Positions 51,475-61,422 of a DNA stretch of 64,000 bases are shown here, piece after piece. The notes beneath the pieces were generated by a model that saw only the letters and a program-made list of their open reading frames with translations, was not told where the DNA came from and ran no database searches. Made by a program: the position numbers and the translations under genes. The first letter of the stretch is position 1; each line of letters starts with the position of its first letter. The stretch is from a bacterium (GTDB lineage Bacteria > Desulfobacterota > DSWW01), in NCBI GenBank assembly GCA_040756235.1, contig JBFLZG010000066.1, forward strand, positions 1-64,000, written 5' to 3'.

Positions 51475-52788
51475 ATGGCAAAAGTCTACTACATGGACGA
51501 CCGCTCCCAGTCGATTCAGACGAGCCTGGTTGCCAAGACGATGACCCTGTTCGACGCCGCCGGCTTCCGGGAGCTCGTCCAGCCCGGGCAGGTGGTGGCC
51601 GTGAAGGTCCACATGGGCGAGTTCAACAACACGGCCTACATCCGCCCCGTGTACGTGCGGGCGCTCGTGGACAAGATCCGGAGCCTGGGCGGGGAGCCGA
51701 TGGTGGTGGATACGACCACGCTGCCCTACCACCCGCACACCTCCCGGTCCACGTCCCTGGACTACCTGAAGACGGTGGCCCGAAACGGCTTCACCGAGGC
51801 GACCGTGGGCTGCCCGATCGTGATCGCGGACGGGTACATCGGGACGGATGATGTCCACGTCGACCTGCCTGAAGGTTTCATTCTGAAGGAGCAGTACGTC
51901 GCCACCGGCATCGCTCTGGCCGACGCCATGATCGCGCTCTCTCATTTCAAAGGCCATCCCATGGGCACTTACGGAGGGGCGATCAAGAATATCGGGGTGG
52001 GCTGCGCTTCCAAGAGGGGCAAGCTCAACCTGCACATGGGGGGCCACGACCGCTACGGGCTCAAGAGCCGTCACTGGATGCCGGAGCGGTGCCTGAAGGA
52101 GGAATGCCCCCAGTACCAGGTCTGTCTCGATCTCTGTCCGACCGGCGCCATCCGCCACACCCCGGACACGGTCGAGTTCGTGCGGGACAAGTGCATCGGG
52201 TGCCTGGCCTGCATCGGCGTCGTGACCATGTGCGGCGTGGCCTTCCTGCCCGACGACTACTTCGATGTGACCGCGGCCGCCATCGCCGATTCGGCCCTGG
52301 CGGTGACCAAGGCCATCGGCGCGGGCAAGATCGGATATATCAACATGGCCCTGGACATCTCGCCCTGGTGTGACTGCGTGAACTACAGCGACCGGCCCAT
52401 CGTGCCCAACCTGGGGATCTTCGCGTCCTGGGACGCGGTGGCCATCGACTCGGCCTGCATCCGCAAGGCCAAGGATGCGGCCGGCATGCCGGACTCGATG
52501 GCCATGACCAAGGGCACCATGAGCCCGGGCACGGCCAAGTTCTCCGCCTGCGGCTCTTTCCTCGGGGTGAGCGAGGAGATCCAGCCCAACGTGGGGCAGA
52601 AGATCGGATTGGGAACGCGCCAGTTCGAGCTCGAGGAGCTGCAGCCGCCCGAGGACCCCGCGCCGTTCCTGTGCACTCAGGTGCCGGCCGGCGCCAAGCT
52701 GGGCAAGCTGTTCGCGAAGAAAGGGGATCTCATCCCGGCAAAGGGGTTCAAGAGGGTCGAGGAAGTCGAGATCGAGGACATGAGATAG
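51475..52788 (+). CDS. DUF362 family Fe-S protein with ferredoxin insert
   Basis: KVHMGE, SHFKGH..GGAIKN, CxxCxxC clusters, CDC and DAVAID. Confidence 0.85.
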   Translation: MAKVYYMDDRSQSIQTSLVAKTMTLFDAAGFRELVQPGQVVAVKVHMGEFNNTAYIRPVYVRALVDKIRSLGGEPMVVDTTTLPYHPHTSRSTSLDYLKTVARNGFTEATVGCPIVIADGYIGTDDVHVDLPEGFILKEQYVATGIALADAMIALSHFKGHPMGTYGGAIKNIGVGCASKRGKLNLHMGGHDRYGLKSRHWMPERCLKEECPQYQVCLDLCPTGAIRHTPDTVEFVRDKCIGCLACIGVVTMCGVAFLPDDYFDVTAAAIADSALAVTKAIGAGKIGYINMALDISPWCDCVNYSDRPIVPNLGIFASWDAVAIDSACIRKAKDAAGMPDSMAMTKGTMSPGTAKFSACGSFLGVSEEIQPNVGQKIGLGTRQFELEELQPPEDPAPFLCTQVPAGAKLGKLFAKKGDLIPAKGFKRVEEVEIEDMR

Positions 52789-52802
52789 CTTGGAGGGATG
52801 CC

Positions 52803-54659
52803 ATGCTTGGTTACATGGGAAAGATCCTTCGCGTGAACCTGTCTGACGGCAAGATCACCCGGCAGGACGTCGATCCGCAGATGGCCCAGAGCTACATCGG
52901 AGGAGCCGGGTTTGCGACCCAGCTCATCTTCGAGGAGGTGCCGGCCAAGTGCGATCCTCTGGGGCCGGACAACCGGCTGGTCTTCATGACCGGACCGGTC
53001 ACCGGAACGGCCTTCCCTACGTCCGGCCGCTTCGTCGTGGCCACGAAGTCGCCGCTGACCGGTATCCTGGCGACGTCCGCTTCCTCGGGCTTCTGGGGGG
53101 TCGAGCTGAAGCGCACCGGCCACGACGGCATCATCTTCGAAGGCAAGGCCGCTCGGCCCGTGTACCTGGAGATCCGGGACGACGAGGTTGCGCTGAAGGA
53201 CGCCTCGGATCTCCGGGGCAAGGACGCCTATGAGACGCAGGACGTCCTGAGAGAGCGGTTGGGCAAGAAGAGGGCGCGGGTCGCCTGCATCGGGCCCGCC
53301 GGAGAGAAGCTCGCCCCGATCGCCTGCGTGATGAACGATGCCGGACGGGCTGCCGGCCGCGGCGGCGTCGGCGCGGTCATGGGCTCGAAGAACTTGAAGG
53401 CCATCGTGGTCCTTGGGTCGCGCAAGATCGAGACCGCTGCGGACGAGTTTCTCAAGCTCATGACCAAGGAGGTCATCAAAGGGATCCAGGCGGACCCGTT
53501 CGCCGGGTTCTTCACGAAGTGGGGCACGGCTTTCAGCATGGACATGGGCTGGGCCGCCGGGGACGTGCCGGTCAAGAACTGGCAGGTCGGCCAGTGGGGG
53601 GAGGGCTGCACGAAGCTGGGGGGTGCGCGGATGGCCGCGACCATCCTCAAGCCGCACACGGGCGCGTGCCACAACTGCCCGATCCGGTGCGCCCGTTGGG
53701 TCCAGGTCCCGGAAGGCCGCTTCGCCTATGAAGGGCCCGGCCCTGAGTACGAGACCCTGGGCGCCTTCGGGACCATGCTCCTCATCGACGACCTGGAGGC
53801 GGTCTCCTGGATGGGCGAGCTGTGCAACAAGTACGGGCTGGACACCATCTCCGCGGGCTGCACCATCGCCTGGGCCATGGAGGCTTACGAGAAAGGGGCG
53901 ATCACCCAAAAAGACACGGGCGGGCTCGAGCTCACCTGGGGCAACGTGGACGCGGCGGTCCGGCTCGTGGAGCAGATGGGGCGCGTGGAGGGGTTCGGCG
54001 CCCTGCTGGCCCAGGGGTCCCGCGAAGCGGCACGGAAAGTCGGAAAAGGCTCCGAGGAGTACGCCATCCAGGTCAAGGGGCTCGAGGTCCCGATGCACGA
54101 TCCGCGGTGCTACTTCAGCCTGGCGGTGAACTACGCGACCGGCACGAGGGGCGCTTGCCACGTGCAGGGCGGCTCCTACGTGGTCGAGATCGGCGTGATC
54201 AGCCCGGAGACCGGCCTCTCGCACCGGCAGGGGCGGTTCGACAAGAAGAACAAGGGGCTGGCGGCCAAGGCCTTCCAGGACCTGAGCGCGATCTACAACT
54301 CCACCGCGGTCTGCATGTTCGCCGCCATGGGGCTGCAGCCGTCGCACCTGGGCACCCTGCTCAGCATCGTCACGGGCATGCCCCACAACGCCTTCACGGT
54401 CCTGCAGGCGGGCGAGCGGATCATCAACCTCCAGCGGGCCTTCGCGTGCCGGGAAGGGATTTCGAAAAAGGACGACGTGCTGCCCAAGCGGCTCGTCACG
54501 CCTCTGCCGGACGGCGGGGCGGCGGGAAAGGCGGCCGATCTCGAATACCAACTCAAAGAGTACTATCAGCTGAGGCAGTGGGACGACAACGGGATTCCGA
54601 AGCGGGAGAAGCTCGAGGCGCTGGGCCTCGCCCGGGCTGCCAGGGACCTGCACGGGTGA
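52803..54659 (+). CDS. aor: Aldehyde:ferredoxin oxidoreductase (tungsten AOR family)
   Basis: GKILRVNL, KSPLTG, IGPAGE, GRGGVGAVMGSKNLK, CHNCPIRC, PEYE, GLDTIS and HDPR. Confidence 0.93.
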   Translation: MLGYMGKILRVNLSDGKITRQDVDPQMAQSYIGGAGFATQLIFEEVPAKCDPLGPDNRLVFMTGPVTGTAFPTSGRFVVATKSPLTGILATSASSGFWGVELKRTGHDGIIFEGKAARPVYLEIRDDEVALKDASDLRGKDAYETQDVLRERLGKKRARVACIGPAGEKLAPIACVMNDAGRAAGRGGVGAVMGSKNLKAIVVLGSRKIETAADEFLKLMTKEVIKGIQADPFAGFFTKWGTAFSMDMGWAAGDVPVKNWQVGQWGEGCTKLGGARMAATILKPHTGACHNCPIRCARWVQVPEGRFAYEGPGPEYETLGAFGTMLLIDDLEAVSWMGELCNKYGLDTISAGCTIAWAMEAYEKGAITQKDTGGLELTWGNVDAAVRLVEQMGRVEGFGALLAQGSREAARKVGKGSEEYAIQVKGLEVPMHDPRCYFSLAVNYATGTRGACHVQGGSYVVEIGVISPETGLSHRQGRFDKKNKGLAAKAFQDLSAIYNSTAVCMFAAMGLQPSHLGTLLSIVTGMPHNAFTVLQAGERIINLQRAFACREGISKKDDVLPKRLVTPLPDGGAAGKAADLEYQLKEYYQLRQWDDNGIPKREKLEALGLARAARDLHG

Positions 54660-54740
54660 GAGGCTGTCAGCCGCCGCTGCCCGGCGGCGCTGCAGGGGCG
54701 ACGCGGGCGTCGCCCGTTCTTGGGATGAACGAGGTGACAG

Positions 54741-55082
54741 ATGACCGGCAAAGACTACGTTCAGGAAGCGATCGACAAGGCGGAGAAGGTGCTGTCAGGG
54801 GTGCGCACGTCAGGGAAGCTGGACGGGCAGACCGTCTTGGAAGGCCTTGCAAAGGCCTGCTCGGATCTGGGTCAGGTGAAGAACCGGGCGACCTTGAAGA
54901 CGCGCGCCGGCGTGAACCTGGCGCTGCCCATCTTCGAGGCTGGCCAGAACCTGGACGACTCCTGGGAGGAAGCGCAGTCGGGCGACGGCCTCGAGGATCT
55001 CGAGGAGCGAATGGAGGAGTTCGTTATGGCTGCGGACGTGCTGGTGGGGGCCCTCAAGGAGCGGACCGTGGTGATGACGTGA
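54741..55082 (+). CDS. Hypothetical acidic helical protein
   Basis: GAGG RBS, typical codon usage, operon position. Confidence 0.65.
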   Translation: MTGKDYVQEAIDKAEKVLSGVRTSGKLDGQTVLEGLAKACSDLGQVKNRATLKTRAGVNLALPIFEAGQNLDDSWEEAQSGDGLEDLEERMEEFVMAADVLVGALKERTVVMT

Positions 55083-55323
55083 GGGAGCTGCGGGCTTCGC
55101 CGTCATTCCGGCGAACCCCGGATCAGGGCCGTGAACATCACCCGAATCGGGGTCCGGGGCAGGGGCCGGAATCCAGTCCCTGTTCCCGTGATCGCAGCCG
55201 CTCCCGGGGCAGACTTCTGGATCCCGGCTCGCACGCGCTTCGCAGGTGGGCCGGGATGACGGAATATGACAGAGCCGCCAATTGGGATGACGTTCCCCCT
55301 GAAAACCGGGCAGGACTCGTCGG

Positions 55324-55602
55324 ATGAAGGTCATCATTACGTTCATGGGGCCCATGCGGGAGATCGCGGGGCAGGACCGCGTCGAGATGGATCTGCCCGG
55401 CGTGCCCACCTTCGGCTCGGCCCTGGACGAGATCGGCCGGCGCTTCGGGCACAAGCTCCCTGGCCGCATCTGGGACCGCGAGCACCGCGTCTTCAAGGCG
55501 GGGATGCTCGTCATCGGGACCGGCAGGGACCTGATTGACCGCGCGTCGCTTCTCGTGGAAGGCGAGGAAATCAAGGTGCTTCCCATGCTCGGGGGAGGAT
55601 AG
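55324..55602 (+). CDS. MoaD/ThiS-family ubiquitin-like protein
   Basis: 92 aa, beta-grasp pattern, C-terminal LGGG, next to aor. Confidence 0.85.
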   Translation: MKVIITFMGPMREIAGQDRVEMDLPGVPTFGSALDEIGRRFGHKLPGRIWDREHRVFKAGMLVIGTGRDLIDRASLLVEGEEIKVLPMLGGG

Positions 55603-55606
55603 ATCG

Positions 55607-56485
55607 ATGGCCGAGATACTGATCACCGGAGGCGCGGGCAACATGGGGAGGAGCCTGGCGGGGGCGCTGCGCGGTCAGGGCCACGGCCTGCGCATTCTCG
55701 ATCTGCCCGCCTGCGATTTCGGCTTCTTCGACGGCTGGGAGCGGACCAGCGTGTTCCCGGGCGACATTCTCGATCGCGGCTTCCTCCGGAATGCCTTGAG
55801 AGGCGTGGACTGGGTCTACCATCTGGCCGCCATCCTGCCACCCGCGAGCGAGGCGAACCGGGAGCGGACCTTCCGGGTGAACGTAGAAGGAACACGCAGT
55901 CTGATCGAGGCCGCCTCCTCCGGCGCCGCTCCCTCGCGTCCTCCCACCGTGGTCCTGGCGTCTTCCGTATCTGTCTTCGGAGATACCACCTCGCATGAAG
56001 GCCTGGTCGCTTCCGGACACCCCGTGGCGCCTAACGACCTGTACGCCGCAAGCAAGGTGGAGGCCGAAGCCGTGCTCATGAAATCCGGGCTCCCCTTCGT
56101 GAATCTCCGGATATCGGCGGTCGTCATCCCCGCGTTTCTGGACCCGCCGGAGCCGTGGCCGTTCACCCGGGGGCAGCGGATCGAGCTGGTGCCGCTGGCC
56201 GACTTGGTCAGGGCCATGGCGAACCTGGCCGGGAAGGAGGGGGCGGTCCGACGGACCCTGATCCTCGCAGGCGGCCCGGAATGGCGAATCCGGGGCGAGG
56301 ACTACGTGCGGCGGTGGGGCGAGGTCATGGACATCCCCCTCGAGGAGATGTCTTTCATGGAGCGGCCGGGGTGGCTGAGCTGGTACGATACGCGCGAGTC
56401 CCAGGTTCTGCTCGACTACCAGAAGACCAGCCTGGATGCCTTCCTTGCGCAGCTCGCCGCTGCGGTTGCCGAGGCGCTCGCCTGA
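55607..56485 (+). CDS. NAD-dependent epimerase/dehydratase (extended SDR)
   Basis: TGGAGNMG, HLAA, NVEGT, SSVSVFG and YAASK. Confidence 0.88.
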   Translation: MAEILITGGAGNMGRSLAGALRGQGHGLRILDLPACDFGFFDGWERTSVFPGDILDRGFLRNALRGVDWVYHLAAILPPASEANRERTFRVNVEGTRSLIEAASSGAAPSRPPTVVLASSVSVFGDTTSHEGLVASGHPVAPNDLYAASKVEAEAVLMKSGLPFVNLRISAVVIPAFLDPPEPWPFTRGQRIELVPLADLVRAMANLAGKEGAVRRTLILAGGPEWRIRGEDYVRRWGEVMDIPLEEMSFMERPGWLSWYDTRESQVLLDYQKTSLDAFLAQLAAAVAEALA

Positions 56486-56733
56486 AGAAGCTCCGCTGCC
56501 GACCGCTTCGTTCCGGTCCTTCGTCATCCCGGCCAAGGCCGCATTGAGCGTGCGGAGCGAGGACACGAAGTGTTGCGGACATTGCGAGGGAGCCACGGGC
56601 GACCGAAGCAACAGAGCCCGGGAGGTTGCTTCGCTACGCTCGCAATCTCCCATTCGCCCGGGCGGCCTTGGCCGGGGATGACAAACATGACACAGCCACC
56701 CCTGGCCGATTAGCGGCCCGCGGCGGATGGTCC

Positions 56734-57348
56734 TCAGGCCGGTATCAGTCGGTTCTCGACGAGGTAGCTCAGGATCGCATCCACACACTCCTGGACGGAC
56801 ATCTTGTCGGTCCGAATGTGGATCTCCGGATTGGGCGGGGGCTCGTAGGGGGCGCTCACACCTGTGAACTCCTTGATGGATCCCTGGCGGGCTTTCTTGT
56901 ACATTCCCTTGGGATCGCGTTCTTCGCACACGCCGATCGGGCAGTCGACGAAGACCTCGATGAAGTCCTTCCGCTGTCGATCCAGGTTCCTTGCAAGCTG
57001 GCGGTCCTTGATGTATGGGGATATGAACGCGGTCATGTTGATGATCCCGGCGTCCCGGAACAACTTGGCGACCTCTCCGATCCTGCGGATGTTCTCCTCG
57101 CGATCCTCCGGAGAGAAGCCGAGGTTCCGGTTGAGCCCGTGGCGGATGTTGTCGCCGTCCAGGATGTAGGTGTGATAGCCTCTCTCGAACAGAGCCTGTT
57201 CCAGGGCCGAGGCGAGAGTCGACTTGCCCGAGGCGGAGAGACCCGTGAACCAGATCGTAAACCCCTGGTGGTTCTTCATGCGCTCCCGGTCCGCTCGAGC
57301 GATGGCTCCTGGGTGCCAGAAGATGTTGGTGGCTTTCTGCACGGTCAT
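56734..57348 (-). CDS. cysC: Adenylyl-sulfate kinase
   Basis: [31 protein letters not shown] and FTGVSAPYE. Confidence 0.97.
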   Translation of the reverse strand: MTVQKATNIFWHPGAIARADRERMKNHQGFTIWFTGLSASGKSTLASALEQALFERGYHTYILDGDNIRHGLNRNLGFSPEDREENIRRIGEVAKLFRDAGIINMTAFISPYIKDRQLARNLDRQRKDFIEVFVDCPIGVCEERDPKGMYKKARQGSIKEFTGVSAPYEPPPNPEIHIRTDKMSVQECVDAILSYLVENRLIPA

Positions 57349-57416
57349 CGGGCTTGCCTCCTGAATGGCGTTGCGGGATTACACTCATATAGCACTCTAA
57401 AAGGAGTCATGTCAAA

Positions 57417-57686
57417 ATGCCCAAGAGAGTGCCGAGCGATGCGACTTCGAAGGTCACGATCAAGATCCCGCGCGCCCTGTACAACCGCCTGCGGGAGATC
57501 ATCGCCGGTTCCGGATTCGACTCGGTCACGGATTTCGTCGTCTACGTTCTGCGCGACCTGGCTGCGTCGAGCGGGTCGGGCGGTAAGAGTATGGGGAAAA
57601 GGCCACGAGATCAAGGGACCGAGACCCTGACCGCGGAGGAGGTCCAGGCGGTCCGCCAGCGGCTGAAAAGCCTCGGCTATCTGTGA
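57417..57686 (+). CDS. CopG/ribbon-helix-helix protein with C-terminal RLxxLGYL motif
   Basis: VTIKIPRALY...GFDSVTDFV.YVLR; tail EEVQAVRQRLKSLGYL. Confidence 0.82.
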   Translation: MPKRVPSDATSKVTIKIPRALYNRLREIIAGSGFDSVTDFVVYVLRDLAASSGSGGKSMGKRPRDQGTETLTAEEVQAVRQRLKSLGYL

Positions 57687-57780
57687 TTCTCTGTATCGGC
57701 TTTTTTCCCCCTCGGGTTGACCTTCTCCGCCGAATGGTCTATCTCTCGCGTGATCGAGAGGGTGCGGCGGAGGGCGTCTC

Positions 57781-58617
57781 ATGCGGATCGAATCGTGGCA
57801 GTACGATCTCGTCTTCCTCGTCTTTGCCTTTCTCATGCTGCGGGAGGGTCGAAAGATCTACGGGCGCCAGGAGGCGGCCATCTTCCTCTGGGGCTCGCTC
57901 CTGTGGACCGGCATCATCGAAAACGTCAACACGATGCTCGGCGCCTATGATTATTTCGCCTACGCAAACTATTACTCCTTCGGCGGCAAGCTGATCGAAG
58001 GCTACGGCGGCTGGGTTTCCTGGATCCTGTTCGTGCCCCTGGCCGCCTGCCTGGGCTGGTTCCTGCTCAGCATGCCCGCCTTCATGATCTCGGACCAGCT
58101 CGTCGGCAGGCGCAACATCTGGCTCAAGTCCACCTTCGGGGCCGTGCTGCTCGTGAGCTGGGACGTCTTCTATGACCCCATGGCCGTGGTCAACGAGTGG
58201 TGGCGCTGGACCTCGCCCGGCTTTTACTGGCACGGGGTGCCGATCGGGAACTGGATCGGCTGGTTCTTTCTTCTCTTTTTCTTCGGCGCGATCTACGAGC
58301 GCACGGTCGTCCAGCGCGGAGGTTTCCGGTGGCTCTCCGGGGTCGAGCGCCTGCTGTTCCAGCAGAGCACGCTGGATCTTTCCGGGACGGACGTCCATCG
58401 GGTGGGACGCGTCTTCTATTTCCGTCTCATCGCCTTCCTGCCGGCCTTCTTTCTGTGCTGCTTCGTGATCTCCGGCGTGACCACCGTGCTCTGGAACAAC
58501 CGCTGGGGACCGTTCGACAACGTCTTCCCGGCGGTCGGACAGGAAGCCTACATGGCCCCGCCCGAGGGCGCGGTGTTGAAGCCGCAGGTCCCTGTTCACC
58601 GCATCGGCCGGGATTGA
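57781..58617 (+). CDS. Integral membrane protein, CruF/DUF422 (carotenoid hydratase-like) family
   Basis: Multiple TMs; VPL...GW, WDVFYDP, WWRW and GVPIGNWIGW. Confidence 0.75.
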   Translation: MRIESWQYDLVFLVFAFLMLREGRKIYGRQEAAIFLWGSLLWTGIIENVNTMLGAYDYFAYANYYSFGGKLIEGYGGWVSWILFVPLAACLGWFLLSMPAFMISDQLVGRRNIWLKSTFGAVLLVSWDVFYDPMAVVNEWWRWTSPGFYWHGVPIGNWIGWFFLLFFFGAIYERTVVQRGGFRWLSGVERLLFQQSTLDLSGTDVHRVGRVFYFRLIAFLPAFFLCCFVISGVTTVLWNNRWGPFDNVFPAVGQEAYMAPPEGAVLKPQVPVHRIGRD

Positions 58618-58646
58618 GAGCCGAACCGACGCCGAGGAGATCCGTC

Positions 58647-58913
58647 ATGCACGCACAACCTGTTCGCAGCCATCGGGTGGAAACTCCAAAGGAATCCGAG
58701 CAGCCGGAGACGGTCCGGCGGGCCAAGGTCCGCATGGCCGTGTGGCTTCTGCTCTTCTATCTCATCACCCTGACGTGGGCCTATCTCACCTTTCCTTTCC
58801 TGGGCTTCACCTCGCCGGTCGAGAACGTCGTCCACGGGGTGCTCGTGGCCTCCCCCTTCTGGGGCGCAATCGCGGCTGCCCTGATCGTGCTGCGCCGCAA
58901 GGGGCGTCGCTGA
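58647..58913 (+). CDS. Small two-TM hypothetical protein
   Basis: GAGGAG RBS, two hydrophobic segments, basic tail. Confidence 0.6.
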   Translation: MHAQPVRSHRVETPKESEQPETVRRAKVRMAVWLLLFYLITLTWAYLTFPFLGFTSPVENVVHGVLVASPFWGAIAAALIVLRRKGRR

Positions 58914-59008
58914 CGCTCGTGTGCTCCGAATTCCAAAGATCGCTGCGCCGCATTACCGGTTTGTAACCGGCCGCAGCGGACTCGCTGCGGGAACAATGAG
59001 TTAGCTTC

Positions 59009-59024
59009 GGGCATGCTTCTTGCT
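59009..59024 (+). promoter_or_regulatory. Possible sigma54 promoter
   Basis: GGGCATGCTTCTTGCT (GG-N10-GC) with an IHF-like AACAATGAGTTA just upstream. Confidence 0.45.
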
Positions 59025-59139
59025 CGATAAGCCCTCGAGAGGGGGAGCCGGCCCAAAAGGGAGCCGACCTGACCCACCGCGAGCGGATGGCTCTTTCCAT
59101 CCAGTGGGAATTCGTAGAGTGGAGCAGAGGAGGCAGGCC

Positions 59140-59973
59140 ATGAAAGCGATCATACGTGTTTTGTTGGCGGTGTTGATGACGTCCGGTCTGGCCGCAGGCT
59201 GCGGGGACGACGGGGACGGCGGCACCGGCACGCTCGCGATCGACATCGCCGACGCCAAGCCGGCGCTGCCCGAGGATGTGCGGAGCGTCTACGTCACGTT
59301 CAGCGAGGTCTCGGTCCACAGGTCGGGCGGGGGCTGGGTCTCTCTGCCCCTGCCAGCGACGCCTTACCCCCCGATCGACCTGCTCCAGTTCTGCGACGGA
59401 GTCTCGACCCAGTTCGTTCCGCCGGTCGAGCTGAAGGCGGGCCGGTACACGCAGCTTCGGATGCTGATCACTGCAGCAAGCATGGTAGCTCCGGGCCAGG
59501 ACCCGATTCCTCTGGAAGTCCCCTCCGACTTCGTGAGGACGGACAAAAACTTCGAGGTTGCGGGCGGCGCGGCCGTGGACCTCACGGTTCATTTCGACCT
59601 GAGCCAATCGATCGTCGATAAGGGCAACGGTACATACAGCCTGAAGCCGGTCCTCCACCTGCAGGAGACGCAGGCCGCGGCAAGAATCCAGGGGAGCATC
59701 GACCAGGCCTCCTTCGGCCTGTCCGGCACGGCGACGGTGGTCGTGTACTCGCAGGAGACGGAGTACACGCGGATCGTGGTCACGAAGGCGGAAACCCTGG
59801 AGCCGACGCCGTTCGCCATCTACTGGCTGGTGCCCAACCAGGTTTACCAGGTGGAGGTCGTCTCGGACGGGTTCCAGGCTTACCAGGAAGAAGTAGCGGC
59901 GGAGGCCGTGGAGCCGGGCGAGACCTTCACCCTCAACGCCGGCGCAGCCATCGTGCTCGTGCCGATCCTCTAG
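59140..59973 (+). CDS. DUF4382-family lipoprotein
   Basis: Lipobox LAAGC; IADA.P, IDLL, GRYTQLR, LEVPS, FDLSQS and LKPVL. Confidence 0.82.
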   Translation: MKAIIRVLLAVLMTSGLAAGCGDDGDGGTGTLAIDIADAKPALPEDVRSVYVTFSEVSVHRSGGGWVSLPLPATPYPPIDLLQFCDGVSTQFVPPVELKAGRYTQLRMLITAASMVAPGQDPIPLEVPSDFVRTDKNFEVAGGAAVDLTVHFDLSQSIVDKGNGTYSLKPVLHLQETQAAARIQGSIDQASFGLSGTATVVVYSQETEYTRIVVTKAETLEPTPFAIYWLVPNQVYQVEVVSDGFQAYQEEVAAEAVEPGETFTLNAGAAIVLVPIL

Positions 59974-60148
59974 ACCAGCCGGGAAGGAGCGAGAGATCTT
60001 TCGCCGCTACCAGAGAGGGTGTCAGGCCTTCTCACCTTCTCCCCTCGGCGAGGGGAGAAGGTCGGGATGAGGGGTGAGTCTGCTCCTGTTCCCCCTCACC
60101 CTGTCCCTCTCCCCCGTGCACGGGGGAGAGGGGATTCATTTCGACAGC

Positions 60149-60427
60149 TCACTTGAGAGGCGGGGAGACTGCGGCGCTGGGGTCTGTCCTGACGAAGCAC
60201 CTGGCGAGCAGGGAAAGGCGCCGCCGTCCCGGCCCCGCCGCCGAATCGGGGATCCGCCTGTTGCGCCAGGAGGCCCTGACCGCTTCGGCCAGGCTCCCGA
60301 GAACCATGATGAAGCCGAACAGGATCGCCAGAGGGATCTCGCCGTAGATCAGACTTCCAAGGATGCCGAAACCGAGGATCGCTCTTTTGGCCACCTTCCT
60401 TGCCTCTCCTGCTGGGGTTGAAATCAT
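60149..60427 (-). CDS. Possible small membrane protein
   Basis: Two hydrophobic segments; weak support otherwise. Confidence 0.4.
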   Translation of the reverse strand: MISTPAGEARKVAKRAILGFGILGSLIYGEIPLAILFGFIMVLGSLAEAVRASWRNRRIPDSAAGPGRRRLSLLARCFVRTDPSAAVSPPLK

Positions 60428-60606
60428 GTTCCCTGCGAGAGCAGTGCAAGAGAGGTGCCGCCAAGGCCCGGTTCTCTCGGCCCCTCCTCCTGCCTCGTGT
60501 TTTGCTTGTCTTTTCTAAGGCTTGTCTCTCTCCGCCGGAAGCACGCCGAGCATGCCGCCCGGGCTTCCGGCGAGCCCCGATTCTCAGAATGATAGGAGGC
60601 GCCCTC

Positions 60607-61299
60607 TCAAGGTGAGAGTAGGGGAGCGGGGATCCGTGCCAGGACGCGCCTCGCCCTTTCGACCGCGTCTCTTTTCAAAGCGCCGCAGCGCGCGCCGGGA
60701 TCTGTCTCCAGGAAGGCCCTGATCTCGCTCGCGGTGCGCTCCAAATAAGCGCGGGCAGCCGCCTCATCCGGGCCTTTCTCGGCCCAGAGCTTCCTCGGAC
60801 CTTCATGCCCCCCTTCAGCCAGATACCAGTTCTTGACGTACTGGAAGCCGGCGAAAAAAAGGAGAAATCCCAGAGGCGTGGCCGCCGGAGGCACCTGCAG
60901 GTTCAGGCCGAGAAGAGTCTCCACCTGGCCCGGGTCATCTTCCTCGTAGGAGACCATCAGGTGCCCCCCGGGGGGAATGAGCCCGGCCAGGTGCCGGAAG
61001 ATCGCCGCATCCAGGTCTGCCGAGGAGAGACGGACGGGGCCTTCCCCGGCCTCCGGCGCGGCGAAGGCCACTACTTCCCGATAGACGACATCCATCCACG
61101 GCTTCACCCCGTCCTTGCCGCCGACGCTGAAGATGCCTCTTACGACCGGCGGCTCGCAGGCTGCGCCTGCCGGATTGCGGAGGTGCAGGGCAAAGCCTCG
61201 CCAGCCGCTGTTGCGGAGCTGCTTGAGCTGGCCCAGGTGGAGGGAATAAACGCCTGCCTTGCTGCCTTGGAGCGTCTGGAGCGCACCGGGATCCGTCAT
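60607..61299 (-). CDS. DUF1122-family protein
   Basis: PGGHLMVSYE, VPPAATPLG..L..AGF and KNWYLAEGGHEG.RKL; GAAGG RBS. Confidence 0.7.
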   Translation of the reverse strand: MTDPGALQTLQGSKAGVYSLHLGQLKQLRNSGWRGFALHLRNPAGAACEPPVVRGIFSVGGKDGVKPWMDVVYREVVAFAAPEAGEGPVRLSSADLDAAIFRHLAGLIPPGGHLMVSYEEDDPGQVETLLGLNLQVPPAATPLGFLLFFAGFQYVKNWYLAEGGHEGPRKLWAEKGPDEAAARAYLERTASEIRAFLETDPGARCGALKRDAVERARRVLARIPAPLLSP

Positions 61300-61422
61300 G
61301 CCGTACCTTCCTTCGTGGTGGATGAAGGTTTGGATGCGGGGAACGCGACGAAGTAGGCAGGCACGGCCTGCGGCTGGTAGGGGTGAAAAATCTTGCGCCC
61401 CTGCAGGTTCCTGCGTCGGGTC

